This document shows positions 36,591-45,898 of a stretch of DNA of 51,047 nucleotides, piece by piece (the stretch's first letter is position 1; every line of letters starts with the position of its first letter). The position numbers were made by a program, and so were the translations under genes. Below the pieces are notes generated by a model, which saw only the letters and a program-made list of their open reading frames with translations, ran no database searches and had not been told where the DNA came from. The DNA comes from Gammaproteobacteria bacterium. Its GTDB lineage: Bacteria; Pseudomonadota; Gammaproteobacteria; GCF-002020875. The stretch is taken from assembly GCA_018648825.1 (NCBI GenBank), contig JABGQL010000073.1, forward strand, positions 2,118 to 53,164, given 5' to 3'.

Positions 36591-37544
36591 ATGGAAAGAA
36601 TTGGTTTTGTCACGCTGTTGAGTGTAGTTCTATTTTCGATGACAACCGCCGTCTCTGCGGAGAAGATGGTGCGAGACTATCCACTGGATCAGCTTACCGA
36701 CCATACTTGGGTGATACATGGACCCAAAGCCTTCCCCTCTGTGGAGAACCAAGGCTTTATGAATAATCCCGGTATCGTATTGAGCGATGCTGGGGTGGTC
36801 GTGGTCGATCCCGGCTCCAGCCTCTATGCCGGAGAGATGGTTTTGCGAATGGTGCGTCAGATAACGGATGCCCCAGTGGTAGCGGTCTTTAATACCCATG
36901 TGCATGGGGATCACTGGTTTGGCAATGATGCGATTCATAGAGCCTATCCAGATGCCCCCATCTACGCTCACCCTCAGATGATTGCCGATGCAAAGGCGGG
37001 AGAAGGGGCGAGCTGGAACCGTAATCTGGAAAAATTGACGGAAGGTTTTACTGCGGGCACTTCGTTGGTGTTTCCTACCGTTGCGCTGAATCACGGAGAC
37101 GAGGTGAAAATTGGTAACCTGACCTTCCGTATGCACCACTATGGTGAAGGCCATAGCAAGACCGACATGATGATTGAGGTGGTAGAGGATCAGACTGTTT
37201 TTCTGGGTGATAACGCCATGGTGGAGCGTTTGGGTGGCATGCAGAGTGGTACCTTTCAAGGCAATATTGCGGTGCTGAATGAGGTCTTGAAGAGTGAGGC
37301 CAAAACATGGGTTCCGGGACATGGCACTAGTGGAGATCGTTCTGTTGTGACCACCTATCGCGACTATTTGGCTGCAGTCTATGATGGTGCCCGCTACGCC
37401 TTCAATGAAGACCTAGATAGTAGTGAGGTGAAGTCGGTTGTGGCTAAGCGAACAACGGCTTATCAAGCTTGGGCAGGGTATGATTTTGAGATGGGGCGGC
37501 ATGCCAATCAGGCCTACCTTGAGGTTGAAGCCTCAGAATTCTAG
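36591..37544 (+). CDS. Periplasmic MBL-fold metallo-hydrolase (SoxH-like)
   Basis: AAGGAG RBS, signal peptide, NQGFMNNPG, NTHVHGDHWFGN, FLGD, VPGHG. Confidence 0.8.
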   Translation: MERIGFVTLLSVVLFSMTTAVSAEKMVRDYPLDQLTDHTWVIHGPKAFPSVENQGFMNNPGIVLSDAGVVVVDPGSSLYAGEMVLRMVRQITDAPVVAVFNTHVHGDHWFGNDAIHRAYPDAPIYAHPQMIADAKAGEGASWNRNLEKLTEGFTAGTSLVFPTVALNHGDEVKIGNLTFRMHHYGEGHSKTDMMIEVVEDQTVFLGDNAMVERLGGMQSGTFQGNIAVLNEVLKSEAKTWVPGHGTSGDRSVVTTYRDYLAAVYDGARYAFNEDLDSSEVKSVVAKRTTAYQAWAGYDFEMGRHANQAYLEVEASEF

Positions 37545-37588
37545 GATCTCCTCCGAGAGTTGTGGTCTGTGATGGTAAACTTCCGCAG

Positions 37589-38278
37589 ATGGACCCAACT
37601 CAACAACACCCCTTCAGCAAAGCAGAGCGTGATGCCGTTTATAAGGCGATCTTCACCCGTAGAGATGTGCGTGGAGAGTTTCTGAGTCAGGAGATCCCTG
37701 ACGAGACACTCGCTCGTATTCTTAAGGCGGCTCATCATGCACCCTCGGTCGGCTTTATGCAGCCTTGGGACTTTCTACTGATTCGTAGCAAGAAGGTAAA
37801 GCAGCAGGTGCATCAGCTCTTTGTTAAGGCCGATGCGGAAGCGGCAGCGCTGTTCGAGGGTGAACGCCAACAAACTTACCGTAACCTGAAGCTAGAAGGC
37901 ATTCTTGAGGCCCCCCTTAATGTGTTGATTACCTGTGACCGTTCTCGCTCCGGTCCGGTTGTTTTGGGGCGCACGCATATGGCAGAGATGGATCTCTATA
38001 GCAGTGTTTGTGCGGTACAAAATTTCTGGTTAGCAGCACGCAGTGAAGAGGTTGGCGTTGGGTGGGTCAGCATTATGGACCCAGATGCCTTGGCAAAAAC
38101 CCTCAGCCTGCCTGAAGCGGTCGTCCCCATCGCCTACCTCTGTGTCGGTTATGTTTCGCAATTCCACGAAAAGCCAGAGCTGGAAAAGGTTGGATGGCTG
38201 CCTCGGTTGGAGTTAGAGCAGGTGCTTCATTGGGAGGCTTGGGGAGGTGAGAGAGAGGTGGGGCCGCTGAAAAAATAG
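37589..38278 (+). CDS. bluB: 5,6-dimethylbenzimidazole synthase
   Basis: ERDAVYKAIFTRRDVR, AHHAPSVGFMQPW, LKLEGILEAP, YSSVCAVQNFWLAAR; start uncertain (37562 GTG possible). Confidence 0.92.
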   Translation: MDPTQQHPFSKAERDAVYKAIFTRRDVRGEFLSQEIPDETLARILKAAHHAPSVGFMQPWDFLLIRSKKVKQQVHQLFVKADAEAAALFEGERQQTYRNLKLEGILEAPLNVLITCDRSRSGPVVLGRTHMAEMDLYSSVCAVQNFWLAARSEEVGVGWVSIMDPDALAKTLSLPEAVVPIAYLCVGYVSQFHEKPELEKVGWLPRLELEQVLHWEAWGGEREVGPLKK

Positions 38279-38440
38279 AGGGATGCCGATCTCTATAAAG
38301 CGCCTATAAAAATGCGTTTTATCTTTTTTGATTCAGGTTTAATGCGGATTATCTCTTTAAAAACAATACTATACCTTGCTGTAGGTATTGAGAACTCTTC
38401 TTGCTACGGGGATAATGTTTCGCTCCTTTAAAGTGATGTC

Positions 38441-41400
38441 GTGAGTGTTCAAGTGTTCCAAAAAATCAATAATCTACCCATTTTATTTAAGTTGAGTTTA
38501 ATGCTGCTGCCACCGATGGTGGCACTGGTTGGTTTGGCAACACAAAGTGCGCTGCATGAGAGAGCAGAGTTGGTTGAGGTAGAGCAGGTAGTAGAGCGGG
38601 TCTCTTTTTCCAGTCTACTGGATGCGGTAGCGCATAACTTTGCGGTAGAGCGTGGGCTGACGGCGGGGTTTCTTGCCAGTGGAGGTAACAGTAATCGCGA
38701 GAAACTAGGGCCTCAGAGAAAAATGGCTGATAGCCAAGTGATTCTACTAGAGTCAGCGTTGCAGCAGGCTGAAGTGATGCAGTTTGGAGCGGTGGTGACC
38801 AGACAGCTACAGCAGCTGATGGAGCTGTTGCAGCAGCGTACTACTGTTCGCGCTGCGGTAGATCAGCTGAGGACAGAACCCAAGGCCTTTGATTTCTACT
38901 CTAAAATTAATGCCATGGCCCTAGAGTTGATTGAGGAGTTGGCCTCTGGTGTCACCGATGCTAATGCGGCCAGACAACTGAATACATGGGTAGCGTTGCT
39001 GTGGATGAAAGAGCGGGCAGGGCAGGAGCGCGGGGCATTAAATGCAGTATTCACCCGTGGTGAGCTGAGCAGCCAACAAAAACGTGCCATTATTGAATAT
39101 ATCACCGATCAAGAGTTGAAGCAGAAGAGCTTCTTGCGTAATGCGACTGCTGATCAACGTACGCTGTATCAACAGCAGTTGGAGTCGAAAGTCGTAGATG
39201 CGGTGCTGTCTCGACGCATGCTGCTGCAGAGTCGTGAAGAGAAGCTGGATCTACTGGGACAGCTGAAGGCAGAGATGGGCTATGGTGGGCTGATCCATAA
39301 CTTCAAAAATTATGTGTTGCGAGGCAGTGAAAAATACAAGCAACGGGTAGAGATGGGCTATCAGCGGGTTCGTACCATCATTGAGCGCTTTCATACGATA
39401 AAAGGGATCACTGCCGAGGAGTCGGAGTGGCTCTCACAGGTTGCTCAGGTGATGGAGCAGTATCATCAGGGGGCGCAACAGGTGGCAGCCATTTTTGCAA
39501 AAAATGGCGACAGCAGAGCGGTGGACCAGACGGTGAAAGTGGATGACTCCCCGGCACTAAAGGCGTTGCAAGGGTTGGGTAAGCTTTCAGGCATGGATGC
39601 TGGGGAGTGGTTTAAGGTGGCCACGGCCAGAATCAGCAGAATCAAGATTGTGGCGCAACAGGTGAGTGATGAGACGGTGTTGGATAGCCAAATGCGGCTG
39701 AAAGAGATTGAACGCCAGTTTGTCATCCTAGTGGCCTCAATTATGCTGTTACTGGGTGTGGTGCTCTGGGTGGGTATTGTCGTTGGGCGCGGTATTCTCA
39801 ATAATGTGCGTCAAACTGCAGAGGCCATTCAACAGATTGAACAGAGTGGTGATTTCTCTACACGGGTGAAGGTACTGAGTCGGGATGAGGTTGGGGCGAT
39901 GGCTACCGCACTCAATACCTTGTTGGAACAGTTACAGCTCTCGATTGGTGAGAGTAACCGAGTGGTTGGGCAGGTTGCTCAAGGAGACTTTGAACACCGG
40001 GTGGAGTTGGAGTTACAGGGTGATTTGGCAATGCTCAAGTCAGGTATTAATGGTTCTGCAGATAGTGTTGAGCGCACCATGACTGCGCTGGCAAAGGTGA
40101 TGAAGGGGCTGAGTGAAGGGGATCTCAGTGTACGCATGAGTGATGATGTCGAGCCGTTGTTCCGTGATCAGGTGAACCATGCGATGGCTTCGATGGACCG
40201 CATTGTGCGTCAGATTGGAGAGGTCATTAGTAGCCTTGCCGAGGGAGATTTTGCCCAGCGTATGAGTGTTGAGGCGAAGGGTGATCTGGAGCAGCTGAAA
40301 AAGAATATCAACCTCTCTATGGTGTCACTGGAGCAGGCGGTGGAGGAGACCGCATCGACTGCCAACCGCATGGGTGAGGGAGATCTGACTCGCAGCATCA
40401 GCGGACGTTACCAAGGACGTCTGGCGGTGATGAAGGATGCGATCAATGCAACCCAGACCAACCTCTCCTATATTGTGGATCAAGTTCGGAGCTCGGCAGA
40501 GAGCGTAGAGTCTGGCTCCAACAAGATCTCCAAAGGTAATCAGGACCTCTCCAGCCGTACCAATGAACAGGCTGCCAGTCTGGAGGAGACCGCCTCCAGT
40601 ATGGAGCAGATCACTGCTACGGTGAAACTCAATGCGGAGAGTGCAGACAATGCCAGTCAGTTAGTGAGTGGGGCGGCGCAGGAGGCGGTTGAGGGGTCGC
40701 GGATTGTTGAGCAGGCGATGGAAGCGATGGAACGTATCAGTGAGTCGAGTGGCAAGATCTCCGATATTATCTCATTGATTGATGGCATTGCCTTCCAGAC
40801 CAACCTGCTGGCGCTGAATGCCGCAGTGGAGGCGGCGCGTGCAGGAGAGCAGGGAAGAGGGTTCGCGGTGGTGGCGGGTGAAGTGCGCACCTTGGCGCAA
40901 CGCTCGGCAGAGGCAGCCAAGGAGATCAAGGGGTTAATTGATACCACCACAGAGCGTGTGACTGAGGGTAGCGAACTGGTCAACCAGAGTGGAGAGGCGC
41001 TGAATAGGATTCAGGGCTCCGTTAATAAAGTGACCAGTGTTGCCAGTGAAATTGCAGAGGCGGCACGAGAGCAGACTCGGGGGATTGAGCAGATCAATAC
41101 AGCCATTTCTCAGCTCGACAATGTCAATCAGGGGAATGCCGCACTGGTGGAGCAGGCTGCGGCCTCCAGTACCGCCCTGAGTGAGCAGGCTAAGGGGCTC
41201 ACCTCGGTGGTCTCGACCTTCAAGCTCAACCCGCAGACAGCCTCTGTAGCACGGGAGCAGAGCAGCTTTAATGAGGCCATTGCCGGTGCGCGTACGGCCC
41301 ATCTTGCGTGGAAAGGGAAGATTCGCGGTTTTCTCGACGGGATGATCGAAATGGATGAGAAGGAGGCGATCTCTCACCATGACTGTGTGTTGGGTAAGTG

Positions 41401-41749
41401 GCTGGATAGTGAGGGGCGTGAAAAATATAGGCACCTAGAGGCGATGGGTATCCTAGATCGAGTACATGAGAAACTGCATCGGGTGATTCGGGATATTATC
41501 CACAGTAAGAACAGCGGGGAGACGGACAAGGTGGAGCAGTTGTATGGAGAGATTGACCCCATCTCCAAAGAGGTGCTACTTCAACTGGACAAGATTGAGG
41601 CGGCCTCTCACAGACCTGCGCAGCAATCGAACAAGCGTCCTGTTGCAGCAGTAGAAAAAGTGCGGGCTGTGGCAAAGAGTGTGCAGAAAACGCCAGTTCA
41701 GAGAAAGGCAGCTCCGGTAGCTGGTGACTCGGAGTGGTCAGAATTTTAA
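38441..41749 (+). CDS. Methyl-accepting chemotaxis protein: NIT domain with inserted helical domain, poly-HAMP, signalling domain, CZB, pentapeptide
   Basis: [10 protein letters not shown] and KERAGQERG; MCP hairpin tip; [20 protein letters not shown]; terminal EWSEF. Confidence 0.92.
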   Translation: MSVQVFQKINNLPILFKLSLMLLPPMVALVGLATQSALHERAELVEVEQVVERVSFSSLLDAVAHNFAVERGLTAGFLASGGNSNREKLGPQRKMADSQVILLESALQQAEVMQFGAVVTRQLQQLMELLQQRTTVRAAVDQLRTEPKAFDFYSKINAMALELIEELASGVTDANAARQLNTWVALLWMKERAGQERGALNAVFTRGELSSQQKRAIIEYITDQELKQKSFLRNATADQRTLYQQQLESKVVDAVLSRRMLLQSREEKLDLLGQLKAEMGYGGLIHNFKNYVLRGSEKYKQRVEMGYQRVRTIIERFHTIKGITAEESEWLSQVAQVMEQYHQGAQQVAAIFAKNGDSRAVDQTVKVDDSPALKALQGLGKLSGMDAGEWFKVATARISRIKIVAQQVSDETVLDSQMRLKEIERQFVILVASIMLLLGVVLWVGIVVGRGILNNVRQTAEAIQQIEQSGDFSTRVKVLSRDEVGAMATALNTLLEQLQLSIGESNRVVGQVAQGDFEHRVELELQGDLAMLKSGINGSADSVERTMTALAKVMKGLSEGDLSVRMSDDVEPLFRDQVNHAMASMDRIVRQIGEVISSLAEGDFAQRMSVEAKGDLEQLKKNINLSMVSLEQAVEETASTANRMGEGDLTRSISGRYQGRLAVMKDAINATQTNLSYIVDQVRSSAESVESGSNKISKGNQDLSSRTNEQAASLEETASSMEQITATVKLNAESADNASQLVSGAAQEAVEGSRIVEQAMEAMERISESSGKISDIISLIDGIAFQTNLLALNAAVEAARAGEQGRGFAVVAGEVRTLAQRSAEAAKEIKGLIDTTTERVTEGSELVNQSGEALNRIQGSVNKVTSVASEIAEAAREQTRGIEQINTAISQLDNVNQGNAALVEQAAASSTALSEQAKGLTSVVSTFKLNPQTASVAREQSSFNEAIAGARTAHLAWKGKIRGFLDGMIEMDEKEAISHHDCVLGKWLDSEGREKYRHLEAMGILDRVHEKLHRVIRDIIHSKNSGETDKVEQLYGEIDPISKEVLLQLDKIEAASHRPAQQSNKRPVAAVEKVRAVAKSVQKTPVQRKAAPVAGDSEWSEF

Positions 41750-41773
41750 GATGAATTTTCAGAGTAGAGAACG

Positions 41774-42658
41774 ATGAGTGACAATAATCCATTTGACCTA
41801 GACAATAATGAAGCATGGCAGCGCTGGCGTGACCACAAACTGCAGCAGGCCCCCGCCTCCCTGAATGACCTGATCGTCGAGATCGATGACCCCAGGACTA
41901 TCAGAAACAGTGAGCATGAGGCGGTGTTGGAGCGCTGTCGAAGAGCCAATATGGCGATCTACGTCAGTCCGTTGGAGGAAGAGGGGACCCATATTCCACG
42001 CGCGGTGGGGATGCGTTTCGGCTTGAATAACATCAACCACAACCGTGGAGCAGAGGGCGATGCAGTAACCGCACTGACCGTGCAAGATGATCAGCTCCAC
42101 GCCCCCTACATCCCCTACTCCAACAAAGAGATCCACTGGCACACCGATGGTTACTACAACCGCCTCGACCTGCAGAACCATGCGTTGCTACTGCACTGTG
42201 TGCGACCCGCCGTGGAGGGGGGAGAGAATGGCCTGATGGATCACGAAATGGCCTATCTGCTGATGCGTGAAGCGCATCCAGAGTATGTGCACGCACTGAT
42301 GCAGGAGGATGCAATGGTGATCCCCAACCATGTGGTGGATGGTGAAGAGCTGCGTCCAGAGCGTGCCGGGCCGGTATTTATGGTGACCGCATCGGGGCAG
42401 CTGCATATGCGCTTTACCATGCGTAAGCGCAACATTGTCTGGAGTGAAGATCCACTGGTGCAGGCGGCAGTGGCGTGGCTGGGTGAGCTGCTGAAGAGTG
42501 ATTCAGCACATATCTTCCACGGAACCCTGCAGCCGGGCTGGGGGCTGATCGCCAACAATGTGCTGCATGACCGCACGGGCTTTGAGGATGGGGAGGATGC
42601 AGAGAAGAGACGACTGCTCTATCGTGCACGTTACTATGACCGTATTCATTGCACCTGA
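41774..42658 (+). CDS. TauD/TfdA-family Fe(II)/2-oxoglutarate dioxygenase-like protein
   Basis: HWHTDGYYN (HxD), LLLHCVRPAVEGGEN, NNVLHDR, RLLYRARY. Confidence 0.8.
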   Translation: MSDNNPFDLDNNEAWQRWRDHKLQQAPASLNDLIVEIDDPRTIRNSEHEAVLERCRRANMAIYVSPLEEEGTHIPRAVGMRFGLNNINHNRGAEGDAVTALTVQDDQLHAPYIPYSNKEIHWHTDGYYNRLDLQNHALLLHCVRPAVEGGENGLMDHEMAYLLMREAHPEYVHALMQEDAMVIPNHVVDGEELRPERAGPVFMVTASGQLHMRFTMRKRNIVWSEDPLVQAAVAWLGELLKSDSAHIFHGTLQPGWGLIANNVLHDRTGFEDGEDAEKRRLLYRARYYDRIHCT

Positions 42659-42770
42659 TGTTTTCTATGATTATAATCTATTAATATTGTTAATATGGTG
42701 TATTGAACTTAGCTAATGAGAGAGTGCGCTTGGTAAAGGCATCTTTACTGTGAGTCCTGATTGTAGTGTT

Positions 42771-44045
42771 ATGTATAACGTAAGTTTGTCCATTTTTAGC
42801 TCTTTACTACAACGGCTGGCGCTACTCTCCGTGCTGATGCTGCCCTGCGTGGCTATGGCAGTGCAACAGTCGCAACAGCCTCCCTATCTCTTTGGGGTCC
42901 CTCCGATCTATGATGAGCAGGTGATTCAGCAGGGGTTTGAGCCGATGATGACCTACCTCTCCGAGGCGCTTGATCACCCCGTCAAACTGCAGGTGAGCGA
43001 GAGTTATGAGATCTTGCGGCAGAACCTAGGGCAGGGCAAGGTCCATTTTGCACTGCTCGGTCCCAACCTCTATGTCGAGACCAAGACAAGCTACCCCGAA
43101 CTTCACTACCTAGCGACTGCACAGCAGACGGGAGAGGGGGGGACCCCCCGCAGTTGGTACTATAGCCATCTGCTGACTCATCGGGACTCCGATCTGCGGC
43201 AGTTCTCCGATCTACAGGGCAAGCGTTTTGCCTACGCCAGTCAACACTCCACCTCTGGTTACCGTTTCCCTCGCTACTACTTCCACCAGCGCGGGATCGA
43301 TCCGCAGCAGTGGTTTGGGGCGGTCTCCTTCAGTGGAGGCCATAGCCGTTCTACCGATCAGCTTGCCGAGCGCACCCTGGATGTGGCTGCCAGCTATGAT
43401 GTCAACCTCTGGGCCGCAGAGAAGAAGCACGGCAAAATTTTTCGCACCATCGCCCGTATTGGCCCCATAGTCAATTTGGCGCTGGTGGCGGGCCATCAGG
43501 TAGCGGAGGATCAACGCTTTGCATTGACCCAGGCGCTATTGTGGATGCCGGACTCACTGCGTAACCCCGCCCTCCCCTTTGTCGGTTTTGAGGTGCTCTC
43601 GGATCGCAGCTACGATCCGGTACGCAAGGTGCTACAGTTTGACCCTGAACCGTCGAACAGTGCGGATCAGATGATCGACCAGGCCGTTGCTGGGGATGAG
43701 CTGGGCAGTCTGATGAGAGTGGTGCAGGAGACGGAGCTGGAGGCGTTGGAATTTTCGATCCTCATTCAGCAGCAGTTACTGGGGCGGGAGTACCATCTCT
43801 CCTCCGCCTATGTGGTGGGTCAGTTGCACAAACTCTCTTATGCGGGGCAGTACCTGCAGGCCGCCTCAGCACTGCAGCTGCAGCTGTCACAAGGGGCGTT
43901 GATCTATCTGCTCCCTGCTGAGGGGGAACCGCTGCCATCGTTTGAATGGAATAGAGCACTACAGGGGCGGGTGCGGGTGGTGGGTAGTAAAAACGGTATG
44001 CAGCTGGTGCTTCGCTGGATCACTGATGATGAGGTTGTTCAATGA
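42771..44045 (+). CDS. PhnD/PtxB-family periplasmic binding protein with C-terminal extension
   Basis: Signal peptide; DLQGKRFAYASQHSTSGYRFP, FSGGHS, SYDPVR; about 130-aa unexplained tail; start uncertain. Confidence 0.8.
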   Translation: MYNVSLSIFSSLLQRLALLSVLMLPCVAMAVQQSQQPPYLFGVPPIYDEQVIQQGFEPMMTYLSEALDHPVKLQVSESYEILRQNLGQGKVHFALLGPNLYVETKTSYPELHYLATAQQTGEGGTPRSWYYSHLLTHRDSDLRQFSDLQGKRFAYASQHSTSGYRFPRYYFHQRGIDPQQWFGAVSFSGGHSRSTDQLAERTLDVAASYDVNLWAAEKKHGKIFRTIARIGPIVNLALVAGHQVAEDQRFALTQALLWMPDSLRNPALPFVGFEVLSDRSYDPVRKVLQFDPEPSNSADQMIDQAVAGDELGSLMRVVQETELEALEFSILIQQQLLGREYHLSSAYVVGQLHKLSYAGQYLQAASALQLQLSQGALIYLLPAEGEPLPSFEWNRALQGRVRVVGSKNGMQLVLRWITDDEVVQ

Positions 44046-45898
44046 ACCGTCCCCCTATCCTGCTGTTACTACTGTTGTTGAGCGCCCCGTTACAGGCGAA
44101 GGTCTCTGATTACACCCCCACCGATGTCTATGCCGAGGCGGAGTGGCTGCAGCAGCAGGTGCTGCTGTTGCGTAAAATTAACCAGGTTACCACCCCCTAC
44201 CCGCTACGTAAGCGAGTCCCTGGGAAGGCCCCACGCCATGTGCTACAGAAGGGGCTGGAGGTATTAGAGAAGCTCAACCGTCTGCGGCAGATTGATCGCC
44301 TCGGTGCAATCACCATCCCCCCGTTTCCTGCACGACAGATCACCCCCAATGAGGTCTATGTGCTGATGGTGCGCTTGGGAGGTGAGGCCGCACTGATTCT
44401 GCAGGAAAAGGAGCAGAATTTGCAGCAGAAGAAGAAGAAGATGGAGGAGGAGAGAACCCCCAGTGATGTCTACCGCCTGCTACATGAGATCTCCGATGCC
44501 CTCAATCCCGTGATCGGGGTGCGCGGAGTGACCCCGCCGGAGGTCTATGCCCTCTCCGAGCGTGTACTGGACAATGTCCGCTTTCTTCGTACCTCACAAA
44601 ATCGGCATGATCCAGTTGAAGCACCACAGCAGAGGGAGGGGCAGTTATCGAACCATGCGCTGCAGTCGGCGGTGCGGTTTGATCATGATCTGGCAGAGCT
44701 GCAGTACAATTTGTGGATCGAGCCGATGCAGGTGTTACCAGCAGCGCGTAGAAAGATTTCGCCTACCGATGTTTATGACCGCTTGTTGAATACCCTAGCC
44801 GAGCTGCAGCGTACTAAATACCGTTTGGGGTTGGAGCGTAACTTCGATTCCCCTCTGCTCGATCTGCAGCGCACCCCGGATGATGTGGTCTATAACATGG
44901 AGCTGGCGCAGCGTCTGCTACCTGATCTCCGTGGTAACGAACGGCTGCAGTTCGCTTCTCAGACCCTGCACAAGCGCCCTGAGCATGTCTATGCGGTGGT
45001 CTCCCACGCCTTGGTTGAGCTAAACCAGTATCAGCAGCAGCGCGGAATTGTCGCACTACCGGAGGCGGTGGGGTTGATTGAACTGCTGGAGCCGCGCCAT
45101 GTCTACTTCAAGGCGCTGGATGTGATGGAGCAGCTGAGCCAGATGCGAGAACAGCACAACATGGGGAGGCTGGCCCTGCCCGACTTTCCGCAGCGTGCGA
45201 TCACCCCGGATCAGGTATATGATCTGGCGATCCGTCTGGATGTGGAGCTGGAGCTGCTCTATCGCAAGGGGGGCATGGAGGAGTTTCAAAGCTATACCAG
45301 TGAACTGGGCCATGCGCAGCGTGTTATCGGCGAGTTGACCACATCGCGCACCCCCTCTGAGGTCTATCAGCGCTGGGGTGAGCTGGGCAGCCTGATCAGG
45401 CTGTTGAGTGGGCGCTCGGCGAAGGCGGCAGATATTAATCGCCGTCTGCGCCTACTGCAGGCTGAACTGGAGCTGATTTCTGCAGCACGCGGGGTGCAGT
45501 TGCCCAGTGAGGATTGCTGTAGTGTGGGGGTAGAACAGGGCAGCCATCTGCAGATGGTGGAGAAGGCTGTACGGGCAGGTAAGCAGCTCTACCGCCTACA
45601 TCACCATGTCGGGCTGCTGGATAGTCGTCTGCATAGCTATGCCTCAGCGGTTCAGAAGGGGCGACAGTGGGTGATGGATGAGCTCGGGATACTGCTGGTC
45701 AACAGCCGCAGCATCAAACAGCATCTGGGTATTGCACAGCTCGCTGAGGTGGATGCAGAGGTAGTGATCAGTGCCGATGCCACGGCGTTGAAAGAGGATA
45801 ACCGCAAGCGCATGAGGCAGATCAACGCACTACTGCAACGGCTGCTGGGTGAGGGTGAGTCTGTCGTTTCCGTTCAGACCTCGGAGCCACAGCCATGA
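44042..45898 (+). CDS. Exported helical repeat protein of unknown function
   Basis: Signal peptide ending LQA; recurring (T/S)P-x-(D/E/H)-V-Y helix caps; overlaps both neighbours by 4 nt. Confidence 0.75.
   Translation: MNRPPILLLLLLLSAPLQAKVSDYTPTDVYAEAEWLQQQVLLLRKINQVTTPYPLRKRVPGKAPRHVLQKGLEVLEKLNRLRQIDRLGAITIPPFPARQITPNEVYVLMVRLGGEAALILQEKEQNLQQKKKKMEEERTPSDVYRLLHEISDALNPVIGVRGVTPPEVYALSERVLDNVRFLRTSQNRHDPVEAPQQREGQLSNHALQSAVRFDHDLAELQYNLWIEPMQVLPAARRKISPTDVYDRLLNTLAELQRTKYRLGLERNFDSPLLDLQRTPDDVVYNMELAQRLLPDLRGNERLQFASQTLHKRPEHVYAVVSHALVELNQYQQQRGIVALPEAVGLIELLEPRHVYFKALDVMEQLSQMREQHNMGRLALPDFPQRAITPDQVYDLAIRLDVELELLYRKGGMEEFQSYTSELGHAQRVIGELTTSRTPSEVYQRWGELGSLIRLLSGRSAKAADINRRLRLLQAELELISAARGVQLPSEDCCSVGVEQGSHLQMVEKAVRAGKQLYRLHHHVGLLDSRLHSYASAVQKGRQWVMDELGILLVNSRSIKQHLGIAQLAEVDAEVVISADATALKEDNRKRMRQINALLQRLLGEGESVVSVQTSEPQP

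Noticed and set aside
38266-38341. Sigma-28 promoter (GCCGAT) or FNR box upstream of the second chemoreceptor
   Set aside because: No properly spaced TAAA -35 element, and only a TTGAT half-site.
42771-44045. Phosphonate ABC transporter operon
   Set aside because: No phnC/phnE; neighbours are signalling genes.
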